A stretch of 64,000 nt of DNA, from assembly GCF_009914755.1 (NCBI RefSeq), contig NC_060930.1. The stretch is one strand, 5' to 3'. Position numbers and translations under genes: made by a program. The DNA comes from the human T2T-CHM13v2.0 reference genome, Homo sapiens. The notes under the pieces are model-generated. The model worked only from the letters and a program-made list of their open reading frames with translations. It did not search any database and was not told the DNA's origin. Below, piece by piece: positions 15,300 to 28,291 of this stretch (the first letter of the stretch is position 1; each line of letters begins with the position of its first letter).

Positions 15300-16045
15300 T
15301 TCTTACTTCAAATATTAAATCCTGAATTATACATTTTCTTTTCTATTTCCACAGCCATTATCTGGGTCCAAGCCAACATAACTCTTGCCTGATTCCTGCC
15401 ATGGTATCCAAACTAGTTTTATCAATTCCACCTTCGCTCTTCTCCAATCCATTTTGCACACTGCAGTCAGTGAGAATTATATCATGCCAATTCCTCACTT
15501 ATAACCCTTCCAAATTTTACCATTATATGGAACACAAAATCAAAACTTCTTACCATAAGTGAAAGTGTCCTAGATTACTCAGCCCCTGTCTACTTTTCTG
15601 ATCTTACCTTATATATCTGTCTCTAATGCAGATATATCTCTTGTCTTTTCTTATTTTATGCCAACTACAGTGGCTGTCAGCCTACTTCTCCATCATGGTT
15701 CACTTGTTCCAGCTTCAGAACTTATATGCTTGCTATTCGCTCTGCCTACAGTGCTTTTCTCTCAGATTATACATGGTGGGCCCTGCTTATCATTCAAATC
15801 CCAGTTTCCATGGCATGTTTATAAAAAGAAATTTCCTGAACTCAATCCATAACACATCAGTCATTCCAAATTATATTATTATTTTATTTTCTTCAAATAC
15901 TTATAGCAGAAGCTATTTCTGTTTTTTTTTTTTTTCACCTATTGTGTCTTATACCAATAGAATATAAAATCTAGGAGAGCCAGAACCATGAACTACTTCC
16001 TCAACATGTAAAATAGAATCTGGTACATGAAAGTTATTTGATAAA
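15300..16045 (+). mobile_element. L2 3' portion
   Basis: ctgggtccaagccaacat...tctccaatccattttgcacactgcag...aaaatcaaaacttcttacca...ctggtacat...ataaatatttcttgaa follows the L2 3' consensus order. Confidence 0.7.
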
Positions 16046-16485
16046 TATTTCTTGAAATATATAAAGATTTATTTTGTCACTCTCTTTTTGTTATTCACAT
16101 GTCCACATTCCCCAATAGATTAATAGTTCTTTGAAGATTGATGTCATGACATTTTTCTTCTGTGTATCCCAAACCTAAAAATAATCTAGCATAAAGTTCT
16201 CAATAAATTGATCATCATAGACAAATTTTTAGCATTACCCAATGAGTGCATTTACTTGTCAAAAAAATAATTTGAAAATTATATATCACTAGTCTTGGGA
16301 CGTTAGAAAAGCTTATTTACTCGGCTGTAAAAGAGTCCTAATAAAACTACATTATTTCCCTTACAGAATATTTGTGATAATTAAATTAAATGCATTAACA
16401 GTTCAGTGAATAAATATCATTATCTATTTCCTCTTCTCTATTTGTCAGACCTAAAAATCATTATTTTATTACCTATTTCTTTGAT

Positions 16486-16822
16486 CAAGGATAGCAAAAT
16501 ACAGCCTGCAATCCAAATCTCAAGTACCACCTGTTTTCATATAACCTGCCAGTTAACAAAGGGCTTCACATTTTTAAACAATTGAAAAAAATCAACATAA
16601 AAATAAGGATACATGAAAATTATGTGAAATTCAAAATTGTATTCATAAACAAAGTTTTATTAGCATACAACCACATTCATTTGTTTTGCATATATTGTTT
16701 ACTTTATGACTGCTGTTGTGGTAAATTGGTAAACGTGAATACCTGCAACACAGACCATATGGTCTACAAAGCCTAAAATATTTACTACCTGGTCGTTTAC
16801 AAAAAAAGTTTGCAGATCCCTG
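16486..16822. mobile_element. MER58B-type hAT-Charlie element
   Basis: Degenerate TIRs caaggatagcaaa / tttgcagatccctg; internal aaagttttattagcatacaaccac and cagaccatatggtctacaaagcctaaaatatttactacctgg. Confidence 0.85.
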
Positions 16823-19171
16823 GGAGCACAAACATCATACATATCAGTCTGTCCTTTGCATTTTATGCTGATCTCCACAGCAATGGCTGCGGATTGATCT
16901 ATATTGACTCTTATAATACACTGTTCTTTGTGAACATTACCCACATTGTGCTCTATTAAAAGGTTGTGTTTCATTTCATTTTTCTTAGACTATACACTTC
17001 ACAAAAAGAGGAGGTGGGTGCTGAAAAACCTAGCACTTCTTCATTCAATCTTTCCACAAATATTAATTAATTAATTAGCAACAACAATGATCGTATGAAC
17101 ATGCATTTAAGATATGCAAATATGCAAAAAATAAGTAATCTTGTCTTTGCTATTTTACCTAAAGCTAACTTTAACAGCGTTTGTGTACATTCTTCCCAAG
17201 AAGAAAATATATCTTGCAATTTAAGTTAAACATTCTCCTTTAATTATCAGCATGGCTATTTCATTATAAAAAGGAATTTTTAGTTTCCTTACATCAATGT
17301 AACTATTGCACATAAAACAGAGTTAAGTGCTGAGAGCTTTCAACTTAATTTCTCCGTCATGAATTCCATTCATATAGATGGGGCATTTATTATCTCCCTG
17401 TATTGAGCCATTTATAATGACAAGACACTTGAATACAAGAACCAGGAATGGGCTAATTCATGGGTCATTGATTATTCTGAAAGATGCTCAGGGGCTGAAA
17501 GTTAAGTCTCAGCAATAGAAAAACAATCCAGTGAGGCCTGCAACCTGCTGTTCTTTTACTATTGTTATTACTCCTCATTCTTAGAAGTAGAAATATAATT
17601 ATTTCAGTTGAAAACAGGATCGAAGCTTACTTAGCCTTTCTTTCTCTACCCAGAATGATAATTATTAGTGAGGGACCGTTCAGAAAATGCTAGGGTTCAT
17701 TATTAAAGGAAGAGGTGAAGAAAATAAACAGATTAAATTATTTAATCAAGAGTCAAAAATTGAGATAAATTTACTAAAGAAAGTGCAGGTAGGCATGTTG
17801 AAGATTTCTTAAATTAAACCAAGATAATGTATAGTACTATTATTCAGATATTTATCTATGTCACCTCACAAACTATCTTGCACATGCCTATACTACATTA
17901 GGTCTTGGATTTGTCTTTGGAATTTCTAGGAAATACTTAGTGAAACTCTTAATTCTTCTGGATATGCTGGAGCCAATCTATTTGGTCCAGTCTGTGAATT
18001 GCTAGATATAGTGTAAGATTTTTTTTCTTATGTTTTGTTTAGCATGGATGAGCTTACATTCTTTCTTGCTCATCAAAAATACTAATATTCTCATCATTTA
18101 TGAAAATTCTAAACTCAGATATATATACAAGGATAAATAAGATGTAAGGCCATCATGATTACTATTAGTTTAATAGAATTTTTAAAGTATTTCTGTTTTT
18201 TCCTAATTAGATGAAGATACTTGAGCCTCATGACCTACTTTTCTGAATAGGTAAGCTGAGCACTAATGCTATGACTTCAAACATGACACAACCCAAGTGA
18301 CACCAAACTTTTATATTGTATTGTGCCAAAAGAGATGAATCCAGTAATGCAACAAATTTGAGTGACGGTCGTGCCTCAAGAGGTGGAAACTAGCATAAAA
18401 GAAACCTCATCTCTCAACCCAGAGGTTAGCCGTAGGCATGATTACAAGTTTGTGGGACATGAAGGATTCAGTTTATTAAAACCTCAGAAGGTATAGACAT
18501 GCCTTATATCAGAGAGGCCAAATCATTTCCAAAAACAAACAGAGTGTGAACCAGAACTCACAGGGATTTGCTGCTTCAAATAAACTTCAGATCATAGAAC
18601 TATGAAACTAAAGTGAAAAATGATTTATTGATCTGCTCAATATTATACATACATACGTCTAGTAATTACATGACTCTGGGCCTACTCTCTGATGTTAGGA
18701 GACCAAAGAATCAATCTCTCTTTTCAGACATTTATGAGTTTTTTGAAATATTTGAGACAAAGAGACTACACACTTAACCATGAGCTAAGGATTGGTAAGG
18801 CTGAAGGTCCAGGGAAACTTCAAAATCTCCTGTATTTTAATCTGTATTTTAAGTCTGTTGCCAAAAACCCATTTTTCTAGATACTCAGAATATGAATGCT
18901 AAAATTATAAAGACGCTTGGAGATATCAATATAGACACAAATGTGAAAAAATAGACCAAATTTAATATAAATACATAGTTTTTTTCTCCCTTAACTCACT
19001 GCGAAAAATTACGTAGTTCAGATAAAGGCATCTGCCTACAAATTTAGTTTTACAATGATAGGCATTAAATGAATCTACAGAAAAGGGAAAAGAGAAAATC
19101 TAAGTAATAGTTACTAGCCAAATAAATTGATAATACTGAAAGCAAATCCTTTGATAGTTATTTGAAAACTT

Positions 19172-19181
19172 TCTCTCTCTC

Positions 19182-19215
<34 letters not shown>

Positions 19216-19234
19216 TGTGTCTATGTCTGTGTGT
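19172..19234. repeat. (TC)n(TG)n microsatellite
   Basis: Read directly from the sequence. Confidence 0.95.
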
Positions 19235-19704
19235 CTTTCATTTTACTGCATAGGCAGTGATCTCATGATTCTTTATTGGAAAAGATATCTTGCATTTCAG
19301 AAGCCATGAGATCTCTGATTGCATTTAATCAATAGTCAGTGAGACATAATTGTTGAAAGTCCTATCATTTTGACAGAAGTCTCACAGAGGATTGGTTCAT
19401 TTAACAATTCCACTTTAAAACATATGGAAAAAAATGTTTTCACTAAGTTCCTTTCCTGTATGTACAAAACTCTTGAACATTCCTAAGTCTACCTTTATAT
19501 ATTTAAGGACTGTACAACCCTGCCCATTTAAACAAATTTCTTTTGTTAAACAAATTATTTTAAACAAAGTCTCTCTAAGGAAAATCATGAAAACTAGAGG
19601 CTTTGGGGGCAGACTTACCAAGAATAAAGTTTAAAGAAAACTGGGAACTTATAAAAATGCACTAGAAATAGGAGCATTTATTTTCAAGTCTCTATCTTGT
19701 AGCA

Positions 19705-19850
19705 AGACTTAGAATGTTACAGATCATTTAGTAGAAGAAAAAACTGGGATACAGAAAAATTAGTGGATTATACAAAGTAACACGTGTAACAGTAAAACTT
19801 GAAATAAAACTCAGATTTTCTGACACCCAGATTCCTGATTTTCCCATGAA
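19705..19850 (-). mobile_element. MIR fragment
   Basis: gaagaaaaaactgggatacagaaaaattagtgga...aaagtaacac...aactcagattttctgac resembles the antisense MIR core. Confidence 0.55.
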
Positions 19851-20424
19851 GCAATACTAAGTAATGTCTGATATTTTTGTAGTATCTTATAATTTATATA
19901 GGTAATTTAACATATTCATTTTTTAAAAATTTACATAAAAACTTCAGAAGATAGTCCAGATATATCAATAATAGAATTGAATTTTATGAGCAGGTTAAGT
20001 GGCAAATGACACATAAGAAGTGCACAAGCTAGAACAATTTCGTTCTATTTCACTTCAGCATTGTCAGTTCAGTGTTTGAAAATAAATACTGAACATGCAC
20101 CTAGAAAGCACTTGTTGTATTGGAAATTAATCTGCTTGTTCTAATATTATGCAAGAACCACTACTTTGAACGTATTGAAGCTGATTTCTCCCCACCTTCC
20201 TTGAAACTGCTTTAGAGAACAAAAAGCCCCACAGAGTCAAAGGAAAGGAGCATTTGCCCATTTGATGAGAGCAGCAATTTCTGCCTGACTGAGTTTTGAT
20301 TTGAAGTAAGATTGATGGAGTTTTTTTATCTCTTAATATTTTAGTTATGCTTGTTTCATTTGTTGTTGCTGCCCCTAAGAATGTTATTTGTTTTCCTAAT
20401 GTCATTTTGTAAGAAAAAAGCTAC

Positions 20425-20974
<550 letters not shown>

Positions 20975-22383
20975 CTATCCTTCCCTCCTTTCCTTTCTTG
21001 ACATCCTAGATTTGCCTGCTTCAAAGTGACCTCCACCTAAAACTAGAATGCTCATTTCTTTCATTTAGATAAATAAATCAGGATCTAAATTGGAAGTCAG
21101 TGGATGTCATGCGTGTGGCCCAAAAACTATAGAAAAAATGCAAAAGCAAATATATCAGAAAGGAAACTTACGTCTTCCTTGGACAGCTCACAAAATGTTT
21201 TTGTCAAAGCACTCGTTTATAAATGACTATAATTTCTCAAAAATTAACAGGATTGTTATTGTCCATTAACTTTCGGCCAATGGTTTTTAAATGTCCTTGC
21301 ATTAAATAAAGTGAATTTAAATAGCAGTTGAATTGCTAAAGAAATCTGTTAACTGGGGATTTTAAAAGTTAATTATAGCCTGTGGAGTATTTTAAAAACT
21401 CATTTGTTCTCCTCAATTGGAGTAACGAGATTTTTGTCTGCTCCATAATATAAATATCCCAGAAATATGTTTTCAAATGCTTAGGACAAAAAAAGTACAA
21501 TATATTACACATTATTATATAGGCCCCCATATTATTGATGAAGCAATATAAAAGAAAATGAGCAAGTATGGTAGGTGGACTTCTAAGATGCCTCCTAATA
21601 ACCCTAGCCTCTCACTAGTTATCTTTTTCTATTAAATATTGACTGTTTCTTTCACAATGTTTGCATAATAATAAATTTAGAATGCATTTTAAAAGCATTT
21701 TTATGTAGCACTGTAAGTAAAGCTTATTTTAAACTTTTATTTGGGGAAACAATGTGCTGTATTTGAATATGAAAAATAAAGAACCATTATTTTTTGTGTG
21801 TATATTTATCATATATTATAAATAAAGACATATGGATATGTTTGTGGTAATAAGATAAATGGATAATTCAAAATGAGAAAGTTAAAGGACAAACCTCTTT
21901 TATAATGTTAATATATATATCAGACTGAATTAAGAAGAAAAATAGGAATGTATTTCAAATGAAAAGAAAATAAAGTAATTCAGTCAGAGGTTCCTAATTC
22001 TAGTTTGCTAAATTCCATTATGTTTTCTCTTAAGGGCTATTTTAATTTTCCTGAAATTCCTCCATATCAAATGAATTAAAATTCATTTTAAATTAGAATG
22101 TGTTCAAAAACCATGGAAATTTTTAATGGAACTAAGGCCAGGATCACAAAATCAAAATGTCAGAAATAGGAATTCCTTCTGTAAATGAATGTGCAGAATG
22201 AATGTCCTGTGATAGCAAGCCTACCTACACTCTCCTCATGCACATGTTATTTTTTTTAAGTATTCAGAATTCCAATTATGAAGAGCTCCTTTTGTATATT
22301 GTTCCTGGGCTGTAAGTAGTGAGTGAGTTGTCTAGCGATTAGATGTTTTTTTCAATCACATTCTCAATAGAGTTTGCAGTAGA

Positions 22384-24749
22384 TGTATTCATTCATTTTC
22401 ACACTGCTGATAAAGATATATCCAAGACTGGGCAATTTACAAAAGAAAGAGGTTTAATAAGGTCCAGGCTGAGGTGGTATCAGATGAAGATGAGGAACTT
22501 GTTGGAAACTGGAGCAAAGATGACTCTTGTCACAGTCTCTTACAGTTCCATATGGCTGGGGAGGTTTCAAATCATGGTGGAAGCCAAGGAGGAGCAAGTC
22601 ATACCTTCTTACATGGATGGCTGCAGGCAAAGGGAGAGAGCTTGTCCAAGGAAACTCCCGTTTTTAAAACCATCAGATCTCATGAAACTTATTCACTATG
22701 ATGAGAACACCACAGCAAAGACTCACCCCCACGATTTAATTACCTCCCACTGGGTTCCTCCTAAACAAATAGGAATTCAAAATGAGATTTCAGTGAAATA
22801 ATAGCCAAGCCATATTATTCTGTCCCTGGTCCCTCCAAAATCTCATGTTCTCACATTTCAAAACCAATCATACCTTCCCAACAGTCTCCCAAAATTTTAA
22901 CTCATTTCAGCATTAACTCAAAAATCCTACAGTCTAAAGTCTCATCTGAGACACAGCAAGTTGCTTCTGCCTATGAGCCTGTAAAATCAAACCCAAGTTA
23001 GTTACTTCCTAGATACGTGGGCTTTTAGGCATTGGGTAAATAGAGCTGTTCCAAATGGGAGAAATAGACCAAAACTAAGGGACTACCGGCCCCATGCAAG
23101 TCCAAAATCCAGCTGGGCAGTCAAATCTTAAAGCCCCAAAGTGATCTCCTTTGACTCCATGTCTCACATCCAGTTCATGCTGATATAAGCGGTGGGTTCC
23201 CATGGTCTTGGGCAGCTCTGCCCTTTTGATTTTGCAGGGTACAGCCTCCTCTTTGCTGCCTTCACAGGCTGGCATTGAGTGTCTGTGGTTTTTCCAGGTG
23301 CACTGTGAAAGCTGTAGGTGGATCTAACATTCTGGAGTCTGAAGGATGGTGGCCCTTTTCTCACAGCTCCACTAGGCAGTGCCCCAGTAGAGAATCTCTG
23401 TGGGGGCTCCCATCTGACATTTCCCTTCTGCACTGCCCCAGCACAGGTTCTCCATGAGAGCCCTGCCCCTCCAGCAAACTTCTGCCTGGACATCCAGGTA
23501 TTTCCACACATCCTCAGAAATCTAGGTGGAGGTTCCCAAAACTCAAATCTTGACTTCTGTGCACCCATAAGCTCAACACCACATGGAAGCTGCCAAAGCT
23601 TGGGGCTTGCACCTCCTAAAGCCACAAACTGAGCTGTGCCTCGGCCATTTTAGGAATGACTAGAGCAGCTGGGATGCAGGGCACCAAGTCCCTAGACTGC
23701 ACACAGCATGGGGACCTTGGGCCCAGCCCATGAAACCACATTTTCCTTCAGGACCTCTGGGCCTGTGATGGGAGGGGCTGCTGTGAAGACCTCTGAGATG
23801 CCATGGAGACATTTTGCCCATTGTCTTGGAGATAAATATTCAGCTCCTCGTTATTTATGCAAATTTCTGCAGCCAGCTTGAATTTCTCCACAGAAAATGG
23901 TGTTTCCTTTTCTATCTCATTGTCAGGCTACAAATTTTTCTAATTTTTATTCTCTGCTTCTCTTATAAAACTGAATGCCTTTAACAGCACCCAAGTCACC
24001 TCTTGGATGCTTTGCTGCTTAGAAACGTCATCTGTCAGATACCCTAAATTATCTCTCTCAAGTACAAAGTTTCACAGATCTCTAGGGCAAGGGCAAAATG
24101 CCACCAGTCTCTTTGCTAAAACATAACAAGAGTCACCTTTGCTCCAGTTTCCAACAAGTTCCTCATTTCTATCTGAGACCACCTCAGCCTAGACCTTATT
24201 GTTCCTATTACTATCAGCATTTTTGTCAAAACCATTCAACAAGTCTCTAGGAAGTTCCAAACTTTCTCACATTTTCCTGTCTTCTTCTGAGCCCTCCAAA
24301 CTCTTTCAATCTCTGCCTGCTACACATTCCAAAGTCACTTCCACATTTTCGGGTATCTTTTCAGCAATGCCCCACTCTACTGGTATCAATTTACTGTATT
24401 AGCTTGTTTTCACACTACTGATAAAGACATACCCAAGACTGGGAAATTTACAAAAGAAAGAGGTTTAATGAACTTACAGTTCCACATGGCTGGAGAGGCC
24501 TCACAATCATGGCAGAAAGCAAGAAGGAGCAAGTCACGTCTTACATGGATGGCAGCAGGCAAATAGAGAGAGCATGTGCAAGGAAACTCTTGTTTTTAAA
24601 ACCATCAGATCTCATGAGACTTATTACTATCATGAGAGCAACACAAGAAAGACCTGCACCCATGATTCAGTTACTTTGCACTGAGTTCCTCCCACAACAC
24701 ATGAGATTTCAAGATGAGATTTTGCTAGGGACACAGCCAAACCATATCA
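22384..24749 (-). mobile_element. Complete THE1A/THE1B MaLR provirus (LTR 22384-22817, internal 22818-24394, LTR 24395-24749)
   Basis: Two homologous LTRs (tgtatt...catat[t/c]a) flank ~1.58 kb of THE1-int; degenerate 5-bp TSD gtaga/atagg; the short ...ggaattcaagatgag variant favours THE1A. Confidence 0.95.
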
Positions 24750-25073
24750 ATAGGGTTGTCATCTAATAGAGATGTTATTTCAAAATTGTTGAGTAACAGG
24801 GGAGGAAGGATCTGACCCAGAAAAGCATGAGATGTAATCAATCTTGTCCATTGGTGACTTTATGATATGCACTTCAGATAAAAGCCATTTTAGACTGAAC
24901 CCATTTCAGACTGATCTACAGACACTTCATCCATTCTCAGCAATGCAAGTAGATAAATTAAGCTTGAGTCCATGAAAGAAAAAAATGCTTTATTAATCAA
25001 ATGTATTTAAGGCTGTTTTATTTTATTATCTTCCATTTTAAAAGATATTAAAGGTTGCAATCTTGAAGGCTTT

Positions 25074-25386
<313 letters not shown>

Positions 25387-25388
<2 letters not shown>

Positions 25389-26567
25389 CTCCAGATGGAT
25401 CAAGGACTTCAATATAAGATCTGAAACTATAAAAATTCTAGACGATAAGATCGGAAAAACCCTTCTAGACATTGGCTTAGGCAAAGACTTCATGATCAAG
25501 AATCCAAAAGCAAGTACAACAAAAACAAAGATAAATAGATGGAACTTGATTAAACTGAAAAGCTTCCACACAGCAAAAGAACTAATCAGCAGAGTTAACA
25601 GACTACCTACAGAGTAGAGAAAATCTTCACAATCTGTACATCTGACAAAGGACTAATACCTATAATCTACAAGGAACTCAAACAAATCAGCAAGGAAAAA
25701 GCAAACAATCCCATCAAAAAGTGGGCTAAGGACATAAATAGATAATTCTCAAAAGAAGATATATAAATGGCCAACAAGCATATGGAAAAATGCTCACCAT
25801 AACTAATGATCAGGGAAATGCAAATCAAAACCACAATGTTATACCAACTCACTCCTGCAAGAATGGCCAAAATTAAAAAAAATAAAAAAATAATAGATGC
25901 TGATGTGGATGTGGTAAAAAAGGGAACACTTTTACACTGTTGGTGGGAATGTAAACTAGTAAAACCACTATGGAAAACAGTGTGGAGATTACTTAAAGAA
26001 CTAAAAGTAGATCCATCATTTGATCCAGCAATCCCACTTCTAGGTATCTACCCAGATGAAAAAAAGTCATTATGCAAAAAAGGTACTTGCACATGCATGT
26101 TTACAGCAGCACAATTTGCAATTGCAAAAATATGGAATCAGCTCAAATACCCATCAATCAATTAGTGGATAAGGAAAATTTTATATATATATATATATAT
26201 ATTTATGAATAATACTCAGCCATAAAAAGGAACAAAATAATGGAATTTACAGCAACCTGGATGGAGTTAAAATTATTATTCTAAGTAAAGTAACGCGGGG
26301 TGGAAAACCAAACATCATATATTCTCACTCATAGGAGCTAAGTTATGAGGATACAAAGGCATAAGGATGATACAATGGACTTTGGGGACTCAGGGGAAAG
26401 GGTGGGAGGGGGATGAGAGATAAAAGACAGCGCATTGGGTACCGTGTACATTGCTTGAGTGATGGGTGCACCAAAATCTCAGAAATCATCACTAAAGAAG
26501 TTATTCATGTAACCAAACATCACTTGTTCCCTGGAAACCTATTGAAATAAAAAATAAATTTAAAAAT
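25387..26567 (+). mobile_element. 5'-truncated L1PB1-type LINE-1 (ORF2 C-terminus and 3' UTR)
   Basis: ORF 25273-25617 ends ...[35 protein letters not shown]; ORF 25806-26165 has LHCWWECKLV; L1PB-type 3' UTR gatgggtgcaccaaaatctcagaaatcatcactaaagaa, then an A-rich tail. Confidence 0.9.
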
Positions 26568-27204
26568 ATTTACTAAGTCAGTTCTGTGGCAAAACTCAAA
26601 TTAAGGATATAGCCTTTTCACCTGTGAATTTGCATGGCTTATAACAACCGGTGAAAAAGAAAAATCAAGACAGAGAAGAAGGAAAGAAATCAATGAAATA
26701 TGAGAAAAAAATATACAGGAATGAACTTGAGTATGCATAATTGTACATGGAAATATGTGGAAGGAGATAAAACCAAAATAAGTATTTGAGGGAATTTTAT
26801 TGATAGAAAAAAAAATGCACAAACTTAAAGCAAAGCTTATAATTGTTAAAGCCTCAAAAAAGTCTTTGCACCACAAACATGTTCAAAATTCTCATGAACA
26901 GGATACAGGTAAAAGCTGTAGAGCCTACAAGAGGGGCCTGTTCCCCTTCTGATATTGGCATGATATCTTAGATATTGATCAAACTCTGATATTAGCATGA
27001 GGGGCAGCCAGACTATTTTTTAAAAATAATTTCTATAGTGCAATATCACAAAGAAATACCTGCAGGTGTGGGGAAGAGAGCCGCACATTTGTCAGGTAAC
27101 TTTGGGCCTCAATCCAGCTGCACTTAACTACATGGGACTTTGGAGGATAATTCATAGAAAGAAAATGAGGTTGTTTTAGTCTAGGGAGAATACTAAAATG
27201 GTAG

Positions 27205-27655
27205 GTTGGGGCAGAGTCTGGACAGTTGATGACAAAATAATTTTCATTCTCTCCTGGACCACAGCTCTAGGCCACATTTCCCCTTCTGCCTTACAGCGAA
27301 ATGAATTCTGTTCACTGGGATGTGGACTGAAGTAATGTATACCATTTCTACATCTGCCTATAATGTCCCTGCATGTTCTTCCATGCTTTTCCCCAATCTC
27401 CTGCTGGATGTTAATGACCAGAGTGACCTTAAAGCTAAGTGTTAAAGATACCAGAGATTCCATCAGTTTGTGTCCTTAAATGATTGTGTGGAATACAGCA
27501 TCCCCACACCCACCCCAATCACCAGTTGCACTTCATATTAATGGAAAAATTTTATTGTAACACTTCTGAGATTTAGGTTTGTTTTTTTGTTTGTCTGTTT
27601 TGTTTTGATTTTTTTTTTTTTTTTGCCTAGTGTCAGCTATCTTCACTAGAATTAT
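27205..27655 (+). mobile_element. MLT1J-type MaLR LTR
   Basis: ctaggccacatttcccc...gatgtggactgaagtaatgtataccatttct...gtgtccttaaatgattgtgtggaatacagc...ttttattgt...ctgagatttagg. Confidence 0.65.
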
Positions 27656-27789
27656 CAGAATTAATTTTTTAAAGTCATTTGCAGATATATATGTCTGAAA
27701 TGTTTTACCTCTATGACTATTACTTTTTCAGTGTGTGTATGTATACACATTGAAACATATATTTCAGTGTGTATATTTCAGATACATTT

Positions 27790-28240
27790 GCATATATCAT
27801 ATATTTTGATTAGCTATGGTTCTAAATTTTGAAATAATTGAATTAGTCAATCTTTTCCTTAATAGCTAATTTTCTTTTGTCCTAACTAAGAAATATTTTC
27901 TTAACCTAGGGTCATGACAATATTCTCTGGTATTGTTTTCTGAAAGATTTTCATATGCTCTCTCCTAGTCTATTTGGAATTTATTTTTGTGTGTGGTATA
28001 AGTAATAAAAAATACATGTATTCCATATGTATAAAGAATTTAACCTGTGCTATTTATTTTAAAGGTAATCCTTTTCTTATACTGATCTGTAGTATATCAA
28101 TTATCTATCCATGTTTGACTTTTCTGGATTTTCCATTCTCTTATGTTTAACTTTTTTATCTGTTTCAAAGCCAATACTACACTGTTTTATATAACATCCT
28201 TACTATAGCCTTAATATGTGGTATAATATGTCCTCCATCC
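27790..28240 (-). mobile_element. Degraded L1M ORF2 fragment
   Basis: tcaatcttttcctt...aagaaat...acctagggtcatgacaatattctc...tttggaatttatttttgtgtgtggt resembles antisense L1 ORF2. Confidence 0.55.
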
Positions 28241-28291
28241 CTTCTTTACCATTATCACACTTCTTGAAATATAGCAATTCTATACACACTT

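Noticed and set aside
22343-24766. ORFs up to 153 aa across the THE1 element
   Set aside because: Degenerate THE1 LTR and internal reading frames, broken by stops.
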